This document shows, one piece after another, positions 55,634 through 62,548 of a stretch of DNA of 64,000 bases (its first letter is position 1; the number at the start of each line of letters is the position of its first letter). A model generated the notes under the pieces. It did not search any database. It was given only the letters and a program-made list of their open reading frames with translations, and was not told the origin of the DNA. The stretch covers positions 10,338-74,337 of the forward strand of contig JBIQMO010000002.1 of NCBI GenBank assembly GCA_044463245.1. The letters are read 5' to 3'. Origin of the DNA: Gemmatimonas aurantiaca (lineage in GTDB: Bacteria > Gemmatimonadota > Gemmatimonadetes > Gemmatimonadales > Gemmatimonadaceae). The translations under genes and the position numbers were made by a program.

Positions 55634-55788
55634 AGTCCGGCGGCGTGCGACCGCGCGACCACGCGGCCGGCTGCACCACGGGCGCAGCGTAACGCGAACG
55701 CCCCGAAGAGAGTCAGATGGGCGAGGCATTTTCGACGTCGCAATCGACATCGGCGTCGACGTTTACGCCATCCAAGACCATCGCTCCA

Positions 55789-56652
55789 ATGCAAACGCCA
55801 CTTCATGCGTCGGCTCGGCGCCAGCTGCGCGGCTCCACTGTGCGGTGCAGTGCGCGCATCGCTCTCGTACTCCTTGGCCTCTCCTTCATCGCGTCGTTCG
55901 GAGCAGCATCGGCCGCCGTTGCACAGGACAGCACGGAGCGCACGCATCCGAAGGAGCTCCAGAACACGACGTGGAAGAGTGGAGATGAGGCGGTCGGCAC
56001 CATTACGCTGAGCCTCGCCGCGGACGGCCGCGCGCTCTGGACGACGGTGAAGTTCAGGAGAACCGTCACCGGCCCCGTGCTCGACGTGGAGGGCATACGG
56101 CACATGCTGGGGATGTGGTGGGTGCAAGACGGCAATGTGCTCATGTTCGAGGAGGTTGGGGCCGAACCGGGGAGAATCCCCTTCGGCGCCGGTACGGAGG
56201 CGCGGCTCGAGGGCCGGACGCTTACCTGGGAGATGCTCACCTGGACCCGGACGGACTTCATCGAGGTACCGAAATCCGGTACGCGGGATTGGGAAGAGCG
56301 GTTCTCGCGCGACCAGGCTCCCATGTTCGACTCGCATCCAAGCCCGCTCCAGAACACGGCCTGGCGTACCGGGAGCAAGGAGTACGGCGTGCTGACCGTG
56401 ATTTTCGCGGCCGACGGTAGCGCGCGGATGACGCTCGTGAAGCCAACGAAGACTCTCACCGGCCCGGAGCTCGACCCGAAGTCGCGCTCGGAGCAGGTCG
56501 GGATCTGGTGGGTGCAGGATGCCGTGGTGCTCTGTTTTCGTGCGACCGGGGATGGGATGACCGAAAAGCTCCCCGCCACGTGCGGCGAGGCGTTGATTAC
56601 CGGGAAGACGCTCAGCTGGCAGAACCTGGAGTGGAAGAAGCGCAAGTTCTAG
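55789..56652 (+). CDS. Secreted protein made of two homologous ~110-aa domains
   Basis: Signal peptide (IALVLLGLSFIASFGAASAAVAQ). Internal duplication: HPKELQNTTWKSGDE..GMWWVQDGNVLMF..GRTLTWEMLTW against HPSPLQNTAWRTGSK..GIWWVQDAVVLCF..GKTLSWQNLEW. Confidence 0.6.
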   Translation: MQTPLHASARRQLRGSTVRCSARIALVLLGLSFIASFGAASAAVAQDSTERTHPKELQNTTWKSGDEAVGTITLSLAADGRALWTTVKFRRTVTGPVLDVEGIRHMLGMWWVQDGNVLMFEEVGAEPGRIPFGAGTEARLEGRTLTWEMLTWTRTDFIEVPKSGTRDWEERFSRDQAPMFDSHPSPLQNTAWRTGSKEYGVLTVIFAADGSARMTLVKPTKTLTGPELDPKSRSEQVGIWWVQDAVVLCFRATGDGMTEKLPATCGEALITGKTLSWQNLEWKKRKF

Positions 56653-56971
56653 GCTGCCGCCGACCGCGGTACGCCCAGAGCGGGATCGAGTGCCCTGATA
56701 GCTGAGCGTAGCCGCCTGCGCTCGCTGATGCCTCCCGCGATGTTCGCCACCCCCGCTGCGAGGCGTCCCATCTGCCCTGAGTACGCTACCCCTGCCGTAC
56801 CTGCTGGCTGGCGCGGGCCAAGGAGCTACGCGATGACTCCTTCTAGTCGTTGGCGAACGTGTGTCGACGCGGCCACGGTATTCACGCGGCTATCGCTGCA
56901 TACCGGTACACTACGCCACGCGCGTCTTCGCAAAGGGGTTGGGGAATCGTAGTCTCATCAGGTCCACCACC

Positions 56972-56987
56972 GTGATCCCTGTCGGGG
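56972..56987 (+). repeat. Degenerate repeat copy GTGATCCCTGTCGGGG (GGATCC site lost)
   Basis: Same extended context as the 52838 copy (TCTCATC.GG..CCACC...GGACGTGG). Confidence 0.8.
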
Positions 56988-57243
56988 ACGTGGACGCGGG
57001 CGAAGACGAGGACGGGCCGATAGCCGAGCGAGTCCGCGCCTCATCGGCGCGATTCCCAGCACGCGAACCGGGCGAAGCGGATACACCCGGTACAGTGGCG
57101 GCCATGACGACCGTTGCTCTTATCGTGGTAGTCTACTTCGCTATCACACGTGCATCACGCATCGCTGCGCTCATCTTCCGACTCATTCTCGCGACACTGC
57201 TAGCCGTGGCGCTGTTCGGTGTCCATTGGTAAGGTGCCACAAC

Positions 57244-57306
57244 CACGGGATCCCTGTCGTCTGCTACCCCAGACTCTGGGCGGCACCCCGACAGGGATCC
57301 CGGGTG
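57244..57306. repeat. Hairpin built from two inverted repeat copies
   Basis: GGGATCCCTGTCG (57247-57259) and CGACAGGGATCCC (57289-57301) form a 13-bp perfect stem. The 29-nt loop contains TGCTACCCCAGACT. It sits between convergent genes. Confidence 0.9.
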
Positions 57307-57332
57307 ATGGGTAGGGGCGCCAGGGTGGAGGG

Positions 57333-57602
57333 CTACAAGTCTAAGATGATCTCTTCGCCCATCTCGAGCGCGTCGATTGCAGACTGCATGTCCTCGATGC
57401 TCAGCAGCCGGCAGAGCGTCGACGCTGTGCGCGCGCGACGGTTGGGCCAGTGTGAGCTATCCAGCAGTGAGTCGAGCTCGCGAGCGAGGCGGTACGCGCG
57501 CCCCCCCGTATCACCGCGGCGTGCGGAGCGACGAAAAATCCTCGGGTTGGTCGCGGTCTCGTTGACTCTCTCGGGCGCGTTGCCGTGGACGTTACTGCTC
57601 AT
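57333..57602 (-). CDS. Hypothetical small protein
   Basis: 89 aa from ATG 57602 (MSSNVHGNAPERV...EMGEEIILDL). No confident family. Confidence 0.33.
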   Translation of the reverse strand: MSSNVHGNAPERVNETATNPRIFRRSARRGDTGGRAYRLARELDSLLDSSHWPNRRARTASTLCRLLSIEDMQSAIDALEMGEEIILDL

Positions 57603-58288
57603 CGTTCGAACCTCAGATTGTGGGTGTATAGTGTGACATCGTTCAGAATCGTACGATTGCGATCTGGCATGACTCCCTAACCGTGCCAATGTGCTTGGTC
57701 GCGCAGTGGCTACGGTTTACTGTTTCGCGCACTCGGCGGGTCTCGTGGCCGCGGCACGCATCGACAGCGTACGAGAGGCGTGTTGCGCGCGGCAAGCCAT
57801 ACGGTCTGGTGCACCGCCTTGTCGGGCCGCCCTCGCTCTTGGGAGGCCAGCTCGCGGAGTCCCCGTGGCGACGGTTGCAGCGTTGCCACGCGTTAGGAAC
57901 CTCTCACCGGGCCGGCGCTGCATAGTGCTGCGTGGCATGGCTGCTGACGTCGTCGCTACATCGGGTTCATCGAAGTGCGAACCATCGGGTGCAGTTTCGC
58001 GTACCTCAGCGTCCTCCACCTCGTCAGCTACATCTAGATCCGGGGAGTCCGCGACGGTGGGAATCGGCGACATGACATATGGCACGAAGTGCCGACCCGC
58101 CGGTTGCTGTCGCTACTCATCGGTCGCAGTGTGTCGCGTGCGAACGGTTTGGTCTCCCGACGCTGGCACGCGCTCCGCACGCACGCATGTGGGAGTCAGC
58201 CGAAGTCGCCGCCAACGGCTCGAACGTCGCTCATCAAGTAGCGTTACGGCTGGCGACGGACCCACTCTCTGTTTCGTCCGTTCGCGAA

Positions 58289-58732
58289 CTACGGTTGGCT
58301 CGCCGCAGCTCTACGAGTTAGACCAGCTCCCCACGTTCCGTGCTCCTGGACGTGGCACGGCCGACAGAGCCACGTCACATCGTCAGGGCGTGAGTAATCC
58401 TCGTGGTGACGATCGACGCCATCTGTGCTACCACAGCGCTCGCACGGTTGCGTATACGGATGCGTTCGTCGCGCCCGAGCTCGTGCCAGCACGCGGAGGC
58501 GATATTCTGGGTCGTCGCGGTATTTCGCGTTGACTTGCGCCTTGATCCTTTCGGAGTTTCGCGAGTAGTGGGACCCGGGTAACCTGCCGCGCGGTACACC
58601 GACTCCGCGCGGGGCACCGAGGTTGCTGCAACGTCGGGAGCAGTATCGAGAGTCTGCTGTGTTGGGAACGTACTCAACGCTGCAATACTCACATGGTCGC
58701 GGCGGTCGCATGGGGGCACTTGGTGGGGGCAA
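58289..58732 (-). CDS. HNH/zinc-finger-like small protein
   Basis: CEYC...YCSRRC, then CERCGSTDGVDRHHEDY....WLCRPCHVQEH. This is the typical pattern of a mobile-element HNH-type protein. Confidence 0.52.
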   Translation of the reverse strand: MPPPSAPMRPPRPCEYCSVEYVPNTADSRYCSRRCSNLGAPRGVGVPRGRLPGSHYSRNSERIKAQVNAKYRDDPEYRLRVLARARARRTHPYTQPCERCGSTDGVDRHHEDYSRPDDVTWLCRPCHVQEHGTWGAGLTRRAAASQP

Positions 58733-58964
58733 CGACGAGAGTGCGCCTGACGAACGTCAGCGAGCGAAGTCGAAGGGCTGGCGCCACCGCAGGCATGAGG
58801 CTGATACAGCCTTGCGCGTCCTACCTGACTCCCGTCAACCGCGCTGGTATCCCTTGCCGCGATTCGCACCTCGTGAACCGGGAGCGCCTACGCGCCACGC
58901 GATTGCATTCACCAGTTGCACTCCACCACCGGCGCCGAGTCATGGTACGCTCCCACCAAGGCGG

Positions 58965-60473
58965 CTAGTGCCTGAGTCTCAGTACTCGAGCCGCGCCTCC
59001 CCCTCGGTAGCTCCTCGCGCGGCGCGCTTGCCAACCTGGGATGATCCCGGCCAGATACGCGCGCACGGCTTCTGCGCCGCCCGTCTCCGCGAGAAAGAGC
59101 ACTACCGCTGGCGCGCCTTGGGTATCACAGAGAGCCCACCACTCCTCGCACGTGAACGTGTGGATTGTCGCGCTTGCTGACCTAGAGGTAGTCGGCTGGT
59201 CGGTGACATGCAGCAGCGCTTTCAAGCCTCGGCTCCAGTGCACGGGCTGTTGATTCAGGGTTGCCTCCTCATACTCGTGCCAGAGCGCCAAGTCGCGTTC
59301 CCGCTCGTCGTTCGCGACTCCGTCCCCATCGCAAACCGGCGCCGCGGCCGCATCGCGCAGAATGTCCCAGGGGGTGCGGCCACTGATTCCGCTGCCATTG
59401 GCCTCGTGTGCATGCGCGGGGTTCTCGTATGCCGGTGCTTGGATGTGTACACATGCCCTCTGGTCTGTTGCGTGGTGAACGCGCGGCCCACGGGTGTCCC
59501 CGACGGGGTTGGCCAGGTGTGCCACGTAGTACGCTACTTGGCGGAGGTCACGCACTGGCTCGAGCTGGATGCCGTGGCGGTATGAGGGTGCGCGTTCCGT
59601 CCAGGCCGCGACGCGCATCCCAGCGCGTGGTCTCTTGCCCGCGATGGACCGCGCCCATCGCACATAGAGGCGCCGCCGCAAGCGCGTGAGCTCGTTGGCG
59701 CAGAGCGTTCCGGCGACGCAGACGACCGCGTGGATATGCGGGTGCCAGCCAGCATTTCCATATGTGATGTCCAGGCAGCGGATGTGGCCGAGCAGCCTAT
59801 AGCGCTCTCGGTCGCTCGCAGCAGCTGCGCCACGAAACAGCTTGCCGTAGCCATCGGTGAGCCGGCGCACGAGCTCCTTCAGCGCGTCCGCTCGGCAGTG
59901 GGGAATCGTCAAGGTCAGGAGGAAGGCGCTTCCCGCTGTTGCTCGACCGCTCCCATCCACCGGGCAGGACCGCGCATCTGCGGGCCCTTCGCCCCAGTGA
60001 ATCGTCGTTGAATGCAGAAATCGCAGTCCCTCCATGATTTCGCGCGCTTTCTCCTGGAGGTGTCGCTGCGTGCAGTAAGGGCATGCCCAGGCGGAGCCGC
60101 AAGACTGTACGCCGAAGTATTGCGCCCTGCCGCCGCTCAACTGCACGCTGGGCTCCTTACCTGGGATGCGCCTACGGCGACATGCACACACTCGGTCGTT
60201 ATGGGAGTGTTGCCAGAGAAACTGGAGCAACGCCCAACGAGTGGCACGCTTGGAATCCCATGTAAGTCGTTGTGCTGCAACACGCGACCGTTCCTCCGTA
60301 GTAGTGCCAAGGTCGGAGGGTGTTTCACGCGCCCAGGCGCGCGACTCGAGAGCGGGGCGTGCCTCGTCGAGAGTGGTCGGGCGTGGCGCCAAGCGGCGCG
60401 TGCGCTTGTTGGTGGCGAAGCGTGCGCGGAGACGCTCAAGTCGAGCGCCCGCCCTTTTGCGAGGGTGAGACAT
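58965..60473 (-). CDS. Rolling-circle replication initiator (HUH Rep, plasmid/AICE type)
   Basis: SCGSAWACPYC zinc-type motif, TLTIPH (motif 1-like) and GWHPHIHAVVCV (HUH motif). 502 aa. Confidence 0.72.
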   Translation of the reverse strand: MSHPRKRAGARLERLRARFATNKRTRRLAPRPTTLDEARPALESRAWARETPSDLGTTTEERSRVAAQRLTWDSKRATRWALLQFLWQHSHNDRVCACRRRRIPGKEPSVQLSGGRAQYFGVQSCGSAWACPYCTQRHLQEKAREIMEGLRFLHSTTIHWGEGPADARSCPVDGSGRATAGSAFLLTLTIPHCRADALKELVRRLTDGYGKLFRGAAAASDRERYRLLGHIRCLDITYGNAGWHPHIHAVVCVAGTLCANELTRLRRRLYVRWARSIAGKRPRAGMRVAAWTERAPSYRHGIQLEPVRDLRQVAYYVAHLANPVGDTRGPRVHHATDQRACVHIQAPAYENPAHAHEANGSGISGRTPWDILRDAAAAPVCDGDGVANDERERDLALWHEYEEATLNQQPVHWSRGLKALLHVTDQPTTSRSASATIHTFTCEEWWALCDTQGAPAVVLFLAETGGAEAVRAYLAGIIPGWQARRARSYRGGGAARVLRLRH

Positions 60474-61112
60474 TGGATGGCTGGCTCATTGCGGGAGGGC
60501 CGCCGCTGGAGTGCCCAGGTTCGGCGGGGAGCGCCCGTGGCGGGGCGTCCGGGCACAGGGAGGAGGAGTTGCCGGTGTGGTGGCAAGCCCCCTCGAGACA
60601 CGAATGGCAGCGCTTGCGCGCTGCCACCGTGTGCCACAGCAATGAATTCCAGCTCAGCTGGAGTGGCCGAGGTCACCCGTCGCTGATGTAGGGCGGTGCT
60701 GCCGCCCTACAGCCAGCAGGTTAGAGGACTGGCGATGCCAGTGACAATGCACCGGTGTAGACAGTAGCGGCTTCGCGGTAAATGCTCCTCAGACCTATGA
60801 GCCCGCACAACCAGTTGTCAACAACACCGGGAGGGAAGTGGCTCCTCCGCGAGTTTGGTGATGCGGCGCAACTCTGTAGCCGACCGCGTGGCGTGACGAG
60901 TGAAATCGTAACGCCGAGGGAGCAACTCGCCAGGACAGACCGTGCTCTATACAGCGCGCTCGGAGATTTCGAGTAGACCTCCTTGACGTCGAAGAGTTCG
61001 AGCTCCTGATTAGTCGTCGGCACGGAACGCTTTCACGCTTCCACGGAGCGTGAAACGCCAGCCGCCCCGGCCGGCTGGCCAGCAGCAATCGACCGGCACT
61101 CACACACGAGAG

Positions 61113-62234
61113 ATGACCATAGCGCACAAGGTCAACGTTACGACTACTTCCAGCATCGATGGCTGGGAAATCGAAGCATATCTCGGCCCGGTGATTGTGC
61201 ACCGCGTAGCGGGAACCGGCATCATCAGCGACTTCTTCGCGAGCTTCAGCGACGTCTTCGGCGGCCGCTCGGGAAGCTACCGTAACCAGCTCACGTCCCT
61301 CTCGGATGAGGTGATCGTCGCACTCCAACACGAGGCGTCCGCCCTGAACGCGAATTGGGTGGTCGGCCTGACGATGGACATGGACGAAGTCGCCGGGAAG
61401 GGGATGCAGATGTTCATGGTTACCGGCATGGGGACAGCCGTCCGCGCCCGCTACATGCGGTCGACGGAGGACGATACCCCACGGTCGTCCCTTGCTGCCG
61501 GCCAGGTGAGCGCCGAGCAGCTTGAGGTCGCTCGGGAGCGCGCACGTCTCCTTAAAATGCTTGAGTCGGAGACGATGAGCTTCACCGATGAAATCTGGAC
61601 GTCGCTCATCGAGTTGCGTTTCGCCGAGGCCCTGCCTGCCATCACGCGGACGCTCGCTCATCTCGAGAAGACGGGGCATAGCAAACTCCCGTGGTTCCGT
61701 GAGCGCGCCATGGCGTTCGTGGACCGCATCGATCCCGCTGAAGCGTCCGCGGCGCTGCACCCGCTCGTGGGTGAGAAGGAGTGGACGTCGCGCGCGGCCG
61801 TCGCGCTCATATCACATGCCAAGTTGCGCGATCTCCACACCCTCCGATGCATGCTCGAGAGTGGCGATCCTGCGCGCCGTTGCCGACAACTCCAGCTCTT
61901 CGCGGCGGGCCAGCGAATCTATTCCGTCGACGATGTCGAGCACCTGCGAGCAATCGCCGGGGTCTGTAATGAGGCACACTTCCCTCGCATTGTCACGGTG
62001 ATGCCTGCCAAGAAGACAGGGTTCATCTTCACGCACGAGATGCTCCGGTGTGAGTGCGGTGACGAGCGCGCTATCGAGGAGCGCTATTGCTTCAACCCGC
62101 AGTGTCGGCGGGACGCGTACGGGTTCAGGCCGGACGAGGTCACCTTCGAGTCGGTACGGGCCGAGGCTCTTGGACTTGCCAGCATTCTGGAAGACGTTCT
62201 TGGTGCGGGTGCGACGGTGACGGCTCACCAGTAG
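61113..62234 (+). CDS. YbjQ (UPF0145) domain fused to a helical region and C-terminal zinc ribbon
   Basis: N-terminus VTTTSSIDGWEIEAYLGPV...DFFASFSDVFGGRSGSYRNQL...ANWVVGLTMDMDEV...MFMVTGMGTAV matches YbjQ-family proteins. The C-terminal CECGDE...CFNPQCRRD looks like a zinc ribbon. ATG 61113. Confidence 0.68.
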   Translation: MTIAHKVNVTTTSSIDGWEIEAYLGPVIVHRVAGTGIISDFFASFSDVFGGRSGSYRNQLTSLSDEVIVALQHEASALNANWVVGLTMDMDEVAGKGMQMFMVTGMGTAVRARYMRSTEDDTPRSSLAAGQVSAEQLEVARERARLLKMLESETMSFTDEIWTSLIELRFAEALPAITRTLAHLEKTGHSKLPWFRERAMAFVDRIDPAEASAALHPLVGEKEWTSRAAVALISHAKLRDLHTLRCMLESGDPARRCRQLQLFAAGQRIYSVDDVEHLRAIAGVCNEAHFPRIVTVMPAKKTGFIFTHEMLRCECGDERAIEERYCFNPQCRRDAYGFRPDEVTFESVRAEALGLASILEDVLGAGATVTAHQ

Positions 62235-62548
62235 CACCCTCTTCCCGGAAGAGTGGACCAGGAGAGATAGAGAGGGGCCTACGCGGGGTGGGCGGATACC
62301 GGTGGGTGACTGGATGCCGCCGCGCCTCGTCGATGAAGCAGCGGAGCTGCCCTCCGCGGCCAGGTGAGGTTCCAGCCGGACCACCGTGCACCCTCTCTGC
62401 AATGCTCACAACATCCAGCTTCCTCCCATCCGCAGCGTTCGTGCTCGCGGTGCTTGGAGCCATCGCGCAGACAACTACTCCTTCCCCGGTGCGGACGATT
62501 GCGAGGATTGCGACCGTGACGCCTCGCGGTCGAAGGAGATAGCGTACC

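Noticed and set aside
56728-57103. ORFs 56728-56952 and the N-terminal part of 56861-57232
   Set aside because: They are Pro/Arg/Ala-rich and cross a repeat copy. Only the last 42 codons (57104-57232, MTTVALIVVVYFAITRASRIAALIFRLILATLLAVALFGVHW) look like a real small membrane peptide. Even that is too short to call with confidence.
46159-57306. A classical integron (intI, attI, attC cassettes)
   Set aside because: The repeats lack the RYYYAAC/GTTRRRY ends and the imperfect long palindrome of attC sites. The blocks contain several genes in both orientations. I could not recognise an IntI-specific insertion in the recombinase. I kept it as an analogy only.
60721-61023. Excisionase/AlpA-like HTH gene upstream of rep
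   Set aside because: Only the first ~27 codons (MPTTNQELELFDVKEVYSKSPSALYRA) resemble an excisionase HTH. A better continuation (IEHGLSWRVAPSALRF) lies in another frame, so this is either a frameshifted gene or a chance match. The support is too weak for a feature call.
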